Origin: Eledone cirrhosa
Lineage: Eukaryota
Reading direction: 5' to 3'
Length of the DNA stretch: 64,000 bases
Assembly (NCBI GenBank): GCA_964016885.1
Contig: OZ024740.1
Location: 99,200,001 to 99,264,000, forward strand
The notes under the pieces are model-generated. The model made no database searches and was not told the DNA's origin. It was given only the letters and a program-made list of their open reading frames with translations. Below, piece by piece: positions 12,001-23,556 of this stretch. How positions within the stretch are numbered: position 1 is the first letter of the stretch; each line of letters begins with the position of its first letter. Position numbers and translations under genes: made by a program.

Positions 12001-12345
12001 GCCAAGAACTACCATAAAGTCCCTGATCAGCAAAACATACTCTTTTGAGAAAACCTACTGTACTAATAACTAATGTGTTATATGTAAAGTAAATCCCCAG
12101 ATAAACTGTAAAACTAGAAATGTAGTCTATAGCGTAAGATGTACAGAAGGTACTAGCAGAAACATGGCAACAAAGCCAGGAACTACCATAAAATCCCTGA
12201 TCAGCAAAACATACTCTTTTAAGAAAACCCACTGTACTAATAAGTAATGTGTTATATGTAAAGTAAACCCCCAGATAAACTGTAAAACTAGAAATGTAGT
12301 CTATAGCGTAAGATGTACAGAGGGTACTAGCAGAAATATGACAAC
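12001..12345 (+). repeat. 174-bp in-frame tandem duplication in the PLE linker and GIY-YIG start
   Basis: gcca at 12001 and 12175; tgtagtctat at 12121 and 12295. Confidence 0.92.
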
Positions 12346-12853
12346 AACATACATAGGCGAGACAGCACTGGGGGCAATTAAAAGGACAAAAAAAAACGAT
12401 TCAGTACTATACGAACAAGCCAGACTACAACATGATGGTAACATAGACAACATAGAAATTAAAATAATATCTAAACATAGAAATGTCCCAGCAGGTAGGC
12501 AAATCAGAGAGGCAAGCAAAATAGAGCTTAGAAATCGAAAGCTAAACAGAAAAAAATGAATGGAATAACAACAACACCCAAACAAACAATACTGACTTAA
12601 GTGATATATAAATAAATAAATAAATAAATAAATAAATATATACACAAGCACAATAACAACAAGCACATATAAACGCACACTAATAAACAAAGATAGAATA
12701 CAATAACCAAAACACAGTCACCCAAGCGCGAACACACACACCAATCACTATAGACACACGCAAACGCATGCGTAGAGAAGACAAAAATAAATAAATAAAT
12801 AGACAGATAAAAAAGAATTGGCATAGACATACAATACAATATAATTTAACATA

Positions 12854-12907
12854 ATAGTACCACTGACGATGTTGCAGATGTGCAACGAAAGAACTTTGTT
12901 AGACTAT
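12854..12907 (+). ncRNA. Hammerhead ribozyme motif in the PLE 3' pseudo-LTR
   Basis: CTGACGA t gttgca gatg tgcaac GAAA at 12863-12890 with a perfect 6-bp stem II. Stems I and III are imperfect. Confidence 0.7.
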
Positions 12908-13480
12908 ATATATTGATTTATATCTGTATTTTTGACCGTTGGTCAATCAATGATAAACATTGATTGCCGGATGAATTAACTATGGAGATATAAAAGATAC
13001 AGAAGCGAAAACCAACCAAACAGTGAGTGTGTTCTGTTATTATTTCTGGCAATATTATTACAACAATATGACCCTCCCCAAATATATATATATACATAAT
13101 AATAGGTTACAGTATCGTAAAAGAGGATAGAAAGTAGAGGTATAAAGAGGTGCGATACAGAATATTAGATGCCAAAAGCGGATGCGTAAGTGCTCGATGC
13201 TTGGGTTATCAGGGTTAAATATTAGAGAAAGTTAATATTTAGTGTAAAGGTTAAGCAGAGCAGTGATAAGCAAAATAATTAATGAAAGGGTTACAGGCCG
13301 TTAAAACATACCTTTAAAAAGCACTTACTCGTCTGAGACAGATATTAAAGACAAGTTTTTAATTATAGACCCTAAAAGGGTAAAATAATAGTTTTACATC
13401 CCTGTGCATATTAAATATGTACATATATACTTATATATATATATATACATACATATATATATATAAATAAACATATACAA

Positions 13481-13625
13481 GGTTTCAGAAGATCCCGTTA
13501 AGGGTGAAGCTTAAACTTTAATCTGTTATTTAATAAATATTTGCTCTAGGGTTCTTATATATTTGATATATTTTTATCATAATCGAACTCTCTTTGGATT
13601 TTAGTCTTCACATTTATTATTATTA
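13481..13625 (+). repeat. Solo PLE pseudo-LTR 3' fragment with deleted hammerhead stem III
   Basis: Matches 16508-16668: gtttCAGAAGAtcccgttaagggtGAAgcttaaac. Confidence 0.8.
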
Positions 13626-13641
13626 CATATATATATATATA

Positions 13642-13962
13642 CATCATTTCATCATTTCATTTCACGTCCACTTTTCCCTGCTTGCAAGAGTGGGACAGGA
13701 ACTGATTCTGGCTTGATTTCTACAGCTGGATGCCCTTCCTAACACCAACCTCATTTACAATGAGTGCTGGCTGTTTTTTTTTCCGTGGCACCTACACGTC
13801 CACTTTACAGTGTGTGCTGGGTGCTTTTTTGCTGAGGCACCCCAGTCCCTATCATCTCATTTCTACAGCTGAGTAAACTGGAGCAATGTGAAATAAAGAG
13901 AATTGAACTCACAACCTTTCAATTGCAAGGCCAATGCTCTAACCACTAAGCCATGTGCCTCC
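13642..13962 (-). mobile_element. tRNA-derived SINE family B
   Basis: Reverse complement of the family at 61518-61864. A-box tggcttagtgg, B-box-like gagttcaattc, (ATG)-type tail. Confidence 0.88.
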
Positions 13963-13964
13963 AT

Positions 13965-14002
<38 letters not shown>

Positions 14003-14628
14003 ATACACATATGATGGCTGGCCCCTCGTTATCGAGTATGGCCATTGCATAATATACCATTATTAATAATTAATAATTAATTCTATCGTGCAATGCCTGT
14101 GCATGAAGATATGTTTTAAAGTGACGAAAGACTGTGCACTGAGCCAATCCCACTCTCTGAGCGACAGTAGCTATAACCCAAAAAGAAGTAAAGATGAAAC
14201 ATCATCGGTAACTACTGAGCCGCAGGTTTTATATCGGAGTTATCCCAGTTTCCTGAGTTGTCTTCTCCTAGAAGAATGCCCTGACAAAGGCTAGGTGTTG
14301 TTCACTCCCAGTGGTTTAACCGCGCGATCGGGTGTCCAGCCCGACTATTTCGATGTCCCCGCGCATATACATACACCCATGCATATACACATATACATAT
14401 ACATATATATGTACATGTGTATATACATATTTACACACTTTTGGTTGGCTGTTGATTTGTATGAGTTCTTTCGCCCTTTGTCAAGTTTACTTGGTGAGGA
14501 GGGTGATTTTGGAAACCCTGCAGTACAAAAACATACACATATATATATACATATATATATATATACATATATATATACATATATATATACATATATATAC
14601 ATATATATATATACATATATACATATAT

Positions 14629-14742
<114 letters not shown>

Positions 14743-14766
14743 TTATTTATTAAAATAACAGATTAA

Positions 14767-14817
14767 AGTTTAAGCAAAGAATCACTGCTTTCACCCTTAA
14801 CGGGATCTTCTGAAACT
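14767..14817 (-). ncRNA. Hammerhead-like motif, CAGAAGA core variant
   Basis: Inverted copy of 16508-16558. Confidence 0.6.
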
Positions 14818-14968
14818 TACAAAGTCAATCTATGAACGCAGAAGTGAATATTTCAAAAAAACGTTGCAACCGGAGAAAGATAGGAAGACGATAATTTGGT
14901 TCGTGGAAACGTTGCCTGGCAAAGAACGGGAAAAAACGAATATAATACGTAATTATTTGGAGCGGTGA

Positions 14969-15574
14969 AATACTATTAAAATCTTTTACTCTACGACTCC
15001 TAACCTTGCACATAACATCACAGCTTCAAATTTAGCTAAACTACCTAGCCGTAGGAACACGTGCAACCTTGTAAACCCTGTAGGTAGTACTAACTGTAAT
15101 TGTAGGAATCGGGTTGATTGCCCCCTATCCGGGAAATGCCTCTCTAGTAACATTGTCTACAAATGTAAGGTTGAAACACCCACGTCCCGTAGGGCCTACA
15201 TAAGGTTAACCGCCAATAGTTTCAAGCAGCGTCTTTACATGCATACTCATTCTTTTCATTACCCTCTAAGAAGGAATATGACGTCACTTTCAGCTTATAT
15301 CTGGAGTCTAAAAGACAACCACACCCAATATAAGTTACACTGGGAGATCCTAGCTTAGGCTAGATCGTATAACGGAAATAAAAGACCATGTGACCTCTGC
15401 CCCTCTGAGGCCCTGGAAATACTCTACGCCACAGACCACATCTTAAACAAAAAATCTGAGGCAATTTCGGCTTGTAAACATAAATTGCACAATACTTTCC
15501 TGTATTACAGCCCACATTATACCGTAACGGATTGTACGATCTATACGCGGATATTTTACGTCTTGATGTGGTAG
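14969..15574 (+). pseudogene. PLE GIY-YIG endonuclease remnant (absent from the ORF track)
   Basis: Manual translation: IKIFYSTTPNL...CNCRNRVDCPLSGKCLSSNIVYKCKV...AYIRLTANSFKQRLYMHTHSF...TSLSAYIWSLK...WEILA*ARSY...CDLCPSE...LNKKSEAISACKH. One in-frame TAG at 15356. Confidence 0.88.
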
Positions 15575-15920
15575 CTAAGTATATGTTATGTTTATACCAT
15601 TACTTATTTGCATAGGTAAGTATATATTACCTGTATGCTTTGTGAAGGTACGTATACTTTTTCGTACGTATATTTGATTGTATATGTTATGGCGTATATA
15701 TTATATATTCTGGTACATATGCTTTTGGTTATGTGTATACGTGAGTTTTGCGTCTGTGTGAGTATGCGGGTTCGTATGTATGTAGGGTGTGTGTATATGT
15801 GTACTTCGTGTTTTGGTTGACGTGCGTCTCCGAACATTTGTGTATTTACATGTGGGTATGTGTGTGCGCTTGTTATATACGTATTTATTTATTTATATAC
15901 GTTTATTTAATTATTTATAT

Positions 15921-15924
<4 letters not shown>

Positions 15925-15990
<66 letters not shown>
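15925..15990. repeat. (CA)n microsatellite
   Basis: Direct reading. Confidence 0.95.
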
Positions 15991-15992
<2 letters not shown>

Positions 15993-16507
15993 TTATATGT
16001 GCGTGAATTTGTATACCTATGGCGAGTGTTTTCACGTATGCTTGTGTATGTACGTATTTGGATGCGTGTATCTATTTATTTAATTTCAATTACCTCTGTA
16101 TTTTATTTACTTTATTCTTAACTCTGAAACGGAGAATCATTCGGTTTCCTAGTTAGAATTTTAGTCTACGACTTCAGTTATACCATTTACGTGGTTTTGT
16201 CTGCGTGTAATTGTTCTCAACGCTCCACATATGACGTATTATCTTCGTTATTTCCGTTCATTGCCAGAGAACTTCTCTATGAACCACCTAAGAGAATATT
16301 AGTCTACGACTTCTTTTATACCATAAACGTGGTTCTGTCTTTTCGTGTAATTGTTTTTCACCACTCCAAATAATGACGTATTATATTCGTTTTTTCCCGT
16401 TCTTTGCCAGGGAACGTTTCCACGAACCAAAGTATCGTCTTCCTGTCTTCCTCCGGTTGCAACGTTTTTTGAAATATTCACGTCTGCGTTCACAGATTGA
16501 CTCTGTT

Positions 16508-16558
16508 AGTTTCAGAAGATCCCGTTAAGGGTGAAAGCAGCGATTCTTTGCTTAAACT
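16508..16558 (+). ncRNA. Hammerhead-like motif, CAGAAGA core variant
   Basis: agttt CAGAAGA tccc gttaa gggt GAAA gca gcgattctt tgc TT aaact. Stems I, II and III all pair; the core has A at the U4 position. Confidence 0.62.
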
Positions 16559-16666
16559 TTAATCTGTTATTTTAAAAAAATATTTGCTCTACGGTTCTTA
16601 TATATTTGATATATATTTATCCTTATCGAGCCCTCTTTGGATTTTAGTCTTTAAATTTATTATTAT

Positions 16667-16719
<53 letters not shown>

Positions 16720-16781
16720 TATAAAATGGTTGCATTTTTTAAGGGTATGTCAATATTTATTTATAAAACTGATCTATATTG

Positions 16782-16846
16782 TATTTTGTCTGATGAAAGC
16801 ATACCATAATTTAACGTGGTGTCCTTGAAATATGTATAATAAAATA
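16782..16846 (+). ncRNA. Type-I hammerhead ribozyme (same family as 36473)
   Basis: tattttgt CTGATGA aagcatacca taatttaacg tggtgtcctt GAAA tatgta TA ataaaata. 8-bp stem I and about 9-bp stem II. Confidence 0.85.
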
Positions 16847-16895
16847 AATATGGTTTTATAAATATAGTTTCCATTTGTTAATATCGTATATGTCA

Positions 16896-17155
16896 GTGGA
16901 GAATCCACCTCGTCATTCTATAGAGGGCTGGTGGTTAGCAGGTGCGACGACGCCCTCGGAGAAGCCCTAGGCATGGAGGAAGACGAACTGGACAACCTGT
17001 TCGGTAGGACATTCAGCCCATGGATAACTTCCAGAGGTCCCTGGCCTGGCAGTGCTACCGAGGGGCTCTACCCGTTCGAGAAAGGCTCTACAGACACGGG
17101 CGCCCGGGTAGGGACCCATCGAAAAAGATCTGTCCCAGATGCGTGTGCGACGAGG
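16896..17155 (+). mobile_element. L1/Tx1-clade LINE ORF2 C-terminal fragment
   Basis: MDNFQRSLAWQCYRGALPVRERLYRHG...CPRC, zf-RVT-like. Homologue at about 45770-46110. Confidence 0.7.
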
Positions 17156-17409
17156 ACAACACGAGAGAGAGTTACCTTGGGTTAGATTTAATAGTCCCTA
17201 TATATTTCGGATTCACATCCATCAACTGCGGTTTTTTTCCGGGGTGGGGGAAAGGTTGTCTGTCGGACAACAAACAGCGGAGGACGCGTTTCGCACCTGT
17301 CCGACAGACAACCTTTCCCCCACCCCGGAAAAACCCCCAGTGATGGATGTGAATCCGAAATATATAAGGACTATTAAATCTCTCCCAAGGTAACTCTCAC
17401 TCGTGTTGT
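17156..17409. repeat. Fold-back element, about 113-bp arms, 28-nt spacer
   Basis: 17156-17269 is the near-perfect reverse complement of 17298-17409. Confidence 0.92.
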
Positions 17410-17619
17410 TATTTTTATTTTATCCTTTATACTCTTTCCTTCATTCTTCTACACATCTCATACACACCACACATCTCAACGTACACCCACTTACATCTCT
17501 CTCTCTACCACCGGATATTGTTACCTGGAGATTTACCCATTTGCATTGTCGAGGCTTCCAAACGACTTAAAGATATTTACTTATTATTCCACAATGCTTC
17601 AAGCAAACTTCAATACTCT

Positions 17620-17673
<54 letters not shown>

Positions 17674-17825
17674 TACATATATATACATATATACATATAC
17701 ATATATACATATATATATATATATATGAAAAACATGGGGAGAAGAATGGTTGCACATGGATTACATATTATAAAATGAGTCCCTCATCAGTGATTTGCCA
17801 ACGATCATTGGTATTTCATCGCAGA

Positions 17826-18132
17826 GGCTTAGTGGTTAGAACATCGGCCTTGCAATCGAAAGGTTGTGAGTTCGACTTTCAGACCGGATGACGTGTTGTT
17901 TCCTTGAGCAAGATACTTTATTTCACATTGCTCCAGTTTACTCAGCTGTAGAAATGAGATATGGACTGCGGTCCCTATCATTCCACTGCAAAGTGGTTGT
18001 GTAGATGCCACGGCAAAAAAAGCACCCAGCCCACACTGTAAATGAGGTTGGTGTTAGGAAGGGCATCCAGCTGTAGAAATCAAGCCAGAATCAGTTCCAA
18101 CCCCACCCTTGAAATGATGAAATGATGATGAA
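17826..18132 (+). mobile_element. tRNA-derived SINE family B
   Basis: ggcttagtggttaga...gagttcgact...ccttgagcaagatacttt...ggaagggcatccagctg...gatgatga. Confidence 0.88.
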
Positions 18133-18201
18133 GATATATATATAGTGTACTTACATTATATATATATACATATATATATACATATATATATATACATATA
18201 T

Positions 18202-18231
<30 letters not shown>

Positions 18232-18232
<1 letters not shown>

Positions 18233-18313
18233 TTGTTTCTCCGGCGAACAGCTCGAGGTGCGATCTGTTTGTGGATCGAACCTGACTCTGGATTCGCAAG
18301 TTCCTCAGATAAG
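18232..18313 (-). ncRNA. Hammerhead motif with long stem II (3' part lost in the TA tract)
   Basis: Minus strand CUGAGGA ACU...CCGGA GAAA CAAU. Inverted homologue of 18808-18874. Confidence 0.55.
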
Positions 18314-18490
18314 TCTATTGATTTCAAAGCAAACTCTCCTTCTAAAGCAAATTCTCTTTCTTATTTCGTAATAAATTGAGTTCCGATGCATCACTGATTC
18401 TTTGTTTTCCCCTTTATCATGCTCTGCTCCGTAGGAGCATGGAGTGCTCAACTGGCATACCACCTATGGATGCATCCTAGCAACCATACG

Positions 18491-18586
<96 letters not shown>

Positions 18587-18807
18587 CTAATGGTAGCTAA
18601 GAAGCTTCCATAGGCGGTATGCCGGTTTGAGCACTTTATGCTCCTATGGTGCAGAGTATTATAGAAGAGAAAACGAAGTTGTCAGAATAATCATGACGTC
18701 ACTAACCAGTGACCAACCCAAGGGCGCGCAAAGCGGATGAAGGTGGACGATATAAGCTTGTAGGGCCAGAAAACCCCAGAAAGAGGATATGATCTGAAAC
18801 CAATAGA

Positions 18808-18874
18808 TGTGTCCGAGGAACCTACGAGTCTAGAGTCAGGTAGATCCATACACGGGGAAACAATTTGTAACACA
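18808..18874 (+). ncRNA. Type-I hammerhead motif, CCGAGGA core, long stem II
   Basis: tgtgt CCGAGGA acc...gg GAAA caattt GTA acaca. 5-bp stem I, GUA triplet. Confidence 0.65.
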
Positions 18875-18994
18875 CAATAAATTGATTTCCGATGCATCCC
18901 TGATTTTTCGTTTTCCATTATATATATATATATATATATATATAGATATATATATATAGATATATAGATATATATATATATATATATATATATT

Positions 18995-19640
18995 TGGATC
19001 AATCTAAAGTTTTTGATGGGGTTGTAAATTGTTACTTTGAGGCTGTCCTTAAAGTAGCCAGTTTTGGTCTTGTCTTCAGAGGCTGGATCGCTTCAATGCA
19101 CAATGGTATCTGCTCGGTGGTCAAAGTAAATGGCCACCAATTAAAACTGTTTCAATACCATGCCAGCCCATCAAGGATTCCGTCTCTCTTCCTTTCTATT
19201 TCTGCTGTATCTCAAGTCACAGCTGTGGAAACTGGAGTTGTTGAAAGGCATCCCATTTGAACCAGGACATGGAAAAGCTGTGTTGACATGTGCGGACAAT
19301 GTTACAATGATGGTGTTAAACAGATTAGAAATGAAGGTGGTCAACACCTTCTTTAAGTGATAAGAAATGTACTCAAGTGCAAAGATTAACTTAGGAAAAT
19401 CAGTGGTCTTGTAGCTTGGCATCTAGAGAGGCAAATCTATCCTATGCAGTAGTGCCATGTGGTGCTGGATTGATGGCACAGTTAAGTTGTTTGGGATCTA
19501 GTTTGCTCTGGACTTCCAGTGGATAGGAACTGGAATGAGACAATGAACAGGGTAGCCAGTTTCACATAGAAATGAGCTGATAGAAAGCTATCCCTGAAAT
19601 TTCAAGAAAATGTGACAAATATTTACATTGTGTCTGATAT
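18995..19640 (+). mobile_element. Degenerate L1/Tx1-clade RT fragment
   Basis: DQSKVFD...FEAVLKVASFGLVFRGWIASM...VVKVNG; CADNVT at the YADD position; AKINLGKS. Many stops. Confidence 0.7.
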
Positions 19641-19859
19641 ATTAACTATTGAACAAAAGACAGAAATAATCTCAGAGACACTGAACTTAGTTTATTAAAA
19701 ACATTAAATAAAATTAAATATTCATTAAAGTACATAATTTAGTGTAGTCCAATGAGATTCAGGTAGACATTAAAGCGGATGGAAAAACGATGATGATGAT
19801 GATGATATAAATTGTTAGATAACGGTTTCTGATTTAGGCATTGGGCATTGTTAGATAAC

Positions 19860-20074
19860 GGTTTCTGATTTAGGGATAAGGCCAACAATTTTTGGGTATA
19901 TGAAAATCGATTAAATTTACCCTAGTGCATTACTGGTACTTTATTTATCGACGCCATAAAAAAGAAAGTCAAAGCTAACTGGGGCGAAATTTGAACGCAT
20001 AATGCAAAGGGTTGTAACTCTATGCCATAAAGCATGTTGTCTAACATTCTATCAATACTGCCAATCCACTGCCC
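19860..20074 (-). mobile_element. SINE family A, diverged
   Basis: actggtactttatttatcgac...aaagtcaaag...tttgaac...actgccaatccactgccc. Confidence 0.7.
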
Positions 20075-22477
20075 AATGTGAGATAATGCAAGTATATACT
20101 TAAGGGTACATGCATGGCTGTGTGATTAAGAAATTTACAATCACATAGTTTCAATGTGGCACATAGAGGAAGTGCTTTTCTACCAAAGCTTTGGGTCTAT
20201 CAAATTTTTCTGAATGAAATTTTGTAGATGGAAAATGTGTAAATTCCCATCCATGACTAGGTCTATGCATATCTTTCTCTTTTCCTCCCAAATGACTTAG
20301 AGATCATAAAAAGTTGATAAAATAATTTTCTCAGGCCCACACCCATGGAGACAAACTAACGAGGCACAGGTTTATAGTCTCACAAGATATACAGCAGCTT
20401 TTTATTGAACAGCATTATTCAATGCACTTTGCTTTTGTTCAATAAGTTAAGATGTGATCTGAGAAAGATTGCCTTCTATTTCAAACAAATTATGTAGCCA
20501 TGTAGAGGCTTCTCTTAGGTATTTATAAATAACAATGCTTAAGGAGTCAAGAATTGAACCAACAACCTTAAGATCCTGAGCCTAACACACTGACCACTAG
20601 AACACAAGCCTTCACATCAGCTACAGATTAACTTACTCATAACGAGTAAAGCCCCAATGTGTAAACAAGACTAACTAAAAGATATATGATATTCTACTGG
20701 TGCAATACCATCTAACAGTGAAAATATTTATAGTATGGTAATTACTGATCATTAACTGAAGTTTGACGTCAAATCATTAAGTAATAAGTGAAATACATTT
20801 TTAATAATTTAAATTGTGGATTGGAAATTACTTAAAGTTGAAAAGAAAATGAAGAAAAGAACATTAGAAGGACATTTAGATTATTCTTCAATATCACTTG
20901 AGAAAAAATATAACAACCCAAACTGACATCTCTATAATTTAAAGAAAATTAGTCTATATAGGAAAGGAAGTTGTTTATATTATATTCAAGGAAGCATATA
21001 TATTTGTATGACATCAGAATAGTCAAGTGGTTTTCTTCTAACAATATATATATATATAAAGGCAAGTTTAGAAGATATCATAATTAGCATCAGAAATGTT
21101 GTAAATCAAATATTGGACGTTACAAATAGAACTTCTGATCTTCAGTCATCTATTCTAAGAATGAATATCCAGGGATATCACAGATATTTTGCCATGTTAC
21201 TTGCCCTTTGTCTTGTCTGATTCTCAACAGCCACTTTGATAATGTTGCAGTGGCTGCAGTATATTCTGATCATTGCAGATACCATCTGCAAGATACCAAA
21301 AATGTTAATTTGATTTGATAGCTGTGATATTCGTGGACATTCCCTCTAGGAACAGAGGGTTGAAATTCTTTTTTCCATTTGTATCATCCAATATTTTATC
21401 CATACATACACATATATATATATACACACACATGCACACACTTATATATATATATGATCATGATCATCATCACCACTGTTTTTCCTTCACTTGTCCATGT
21501 TTGCCTGGGTTGGACAGGTTCTTTCCAGTACAGCATCTCTCCCATCATCTCAGTGCATCATCGTCTCAGTGAGGTTCAGTGATTTGATAAATACATATAT
21601 GTATACATACTAGATAGTAGCTAATATATATAACAGAATATATAGTAAAAAATGCATTTAATAATTTCTTGATTACAACATTCTATGTAAAAATTATTCA
21701 ACCGTTGAGTTTTCCTGGCTTTTCTGCCAGTTGTCACTCTAGCCGTCACCGCATTTCACTTTCATTTATTTACATCAAGTACAATAATTTTCTTAGATAT
21801 TTCCTTTAATCATATCCATTCAATTACAATGATTTTGTCTTACCTGTTTAACTATCCCTCTATCTTCTTACTGCCTTTTGGATTTGTGTCTTGTTAGTTT
21901 GGTATTGTTGTCCTTGTCTAAAAATAGACACATTGGCAAGTATAGAGAAATAGATAGGTAAGATAGGGAGATGAACTGGTTCATATATTAGATAGATACA
22001 CAGGTAGATAGATAGGTAGATAGATAGGTAGATAGAGAGCGACTGAGAGAGAGGCAGACTGATAAATAGATACATAGATGTTGCTGTTGTTATTGTTCAA
22101 AGAGACATAGATATATTGGTAGGTAGCTATAGATAATTATGGTTCTACTGATCAGCTTGTCAACACTGTGAGAGAGAGAGAGGGTAGAGTTGAAATATCA
22201 AAACAGATGCATGTTCAATTTAGCAGACAAATCTAGTGGTTGACTTAGGAAGCATTTTAAAATTTGCAATTGAATTGTGTGTCTCCCAACACAAACGATC
22301 ATATTAGTAGTATATCACTATAAATAATAGCTGAATAAATGGGGTAAAGTATCCCTGGAGATGGAAATACTATCCAACATTTTCCTTCTCCAGGTGTACT
22401 TAACTTAACTTTTTAAAGTTTCATTTATAATGATCAATGGCTATTATGGTCATTTGCCTTGTCACATGCATTTCAAG

Positions 22478-22508
<31 letters not shown>

Positions 22509-22509
<1 letters not shown>

Positions 22510-22648
22510 ACAAAGGAAGTGTGGTAAGGAACCAGACGGACCATAACATACCAGAGTACTCGATACTTAGGGCAGTAGAGTGGGTAATAGGAAAAGAGTC
22601 AAGACCCTGACAGCTGAGCTCTGACCATTTCGACAGCTAGATCTGAAC
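22509..22648. repeat. Repeat family C copy between TA tracts
   Basis: Homologous to 2308-2420. Confidence 0.8.
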
Positions 22649-22661
22649 TATATATATATAT

Positions 22662-23556
22662 ATATCAAATTAAAAAATGGAGGTAAAGACTCACATAAAT
22701 CCTCTGTAATTTAATGAGCTGAAGGAATAGATACCAGGCTCTTTATAAGACAGTATATAGAGAAAAATACACAAAGTGGTCTGTTCAATTATAGGGAATA
22801 TATCACCAGAGTGAAAAATCATCTTATCTATATTATAAGCTTTCAGCAGTTTGATTCTACATCTTATTTGTGGCAAAACATGCTTACTGCTTATCCAGGA
22901 GATATAGTTATAAACGAATGGTCTGTACATTTTAGTTTATCATTTTAATTCTTGTTTATTTTTCATTCTGTTTATAGATAATATGATTTTCACCCTGGTT
23001 GTATTATATTCCCTATAATTGAATATATACCTCTCTGTGTTTTTTTTCCTCTATAAAATGTCTTATAAAGAGCCCGGTATCTATCACTTGAGCTCATTAA
23101 ATTATGGAGGATTAATGAGTCTTTAACTCCGTTTTTTTAATTTGATATATTGGCTCCCGTTTCATTTCTATATGTAAGTTGAGCTTCTTAAGCTAAATGG
23201 TTCTTGGCTGCTATTTTTAGTGATCTTTTGGTCCATTCACCCCCCCCATGTGCTTCATATTGTGCATGTTTTCTCTTTATACCATGTGCTCTTGCTAGTT
23301 GTCTGATATTTTTTTAGAAGTGTTTGTTCTTCCTGTTGATAAGACCTCAGCGGTTTGATTCTACATTTTATATGTGGCCAAACAGGCTTACTGCATGTCC
23401 AGGAGATATAGTTATAAACGAATGGTCTGTATATTTCAGTTTATCATTTTAATTATGTATTTTCCATTCAGGTTCATGGATAATACGATTTTCACTCTGG
23501 TGGTATTATATTCCCTATAATTGAACATATACATCTATGTGTATTTTTCTCTATAT
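22662..23556. repeat. Fold-back (22662-22832 versus 22973-23148) plus direct duplication (22843-23055 versus 23347-23556)
   Basis: atatcaaattaaaaaatggag pairs with ctccgttttttaatttgatat. ccaggagatatagttataaacgaatggtctgta occurs twice. Confidence 0.85.

Larger units (their letters stand above)
9806..13081 (+). mobile_element. Penelope-like element (Naiad-like), RT plus GIY-YIG, degenerate
   Basis: PPLYGLRKDHK, GPPTRP, CDSTEDLL, GSMDVVSLYP, GAAIG, RYVDN(D)I, DYPSKHPNNRLPVLD, HYAKPMAS, FVDATPGG, IKVVEK, Cys knuckle, NVVY...YIGET. Several frameshifts and stops. Confidence 0.88.
14751..16668 (+). mobile_element. 5'-truncated Penelope-like element with inverted 5' pseudo-LTR
   Basis: 14751-14962 is the reverse complement of 16364-16574 and encloses a GIY-YIG coding remnant. 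Bounded by (TA)n on both sides. Confidence 0.88.

Noticed and set aside
10127-12560. Selenoprotein-type Naiad
   Set aside because: The conserved Cys positions I checked are TGT, the internal stops seen are TAA/TAG, and I could not support a SECIS element.
13290-13340. Minus-strand CAGACGA hammerhead variant
   Set aside because: No downstream GAAA box or stem II. The lone CUGAUGA at 17783-17789 (minus) was rejected for the same reason.
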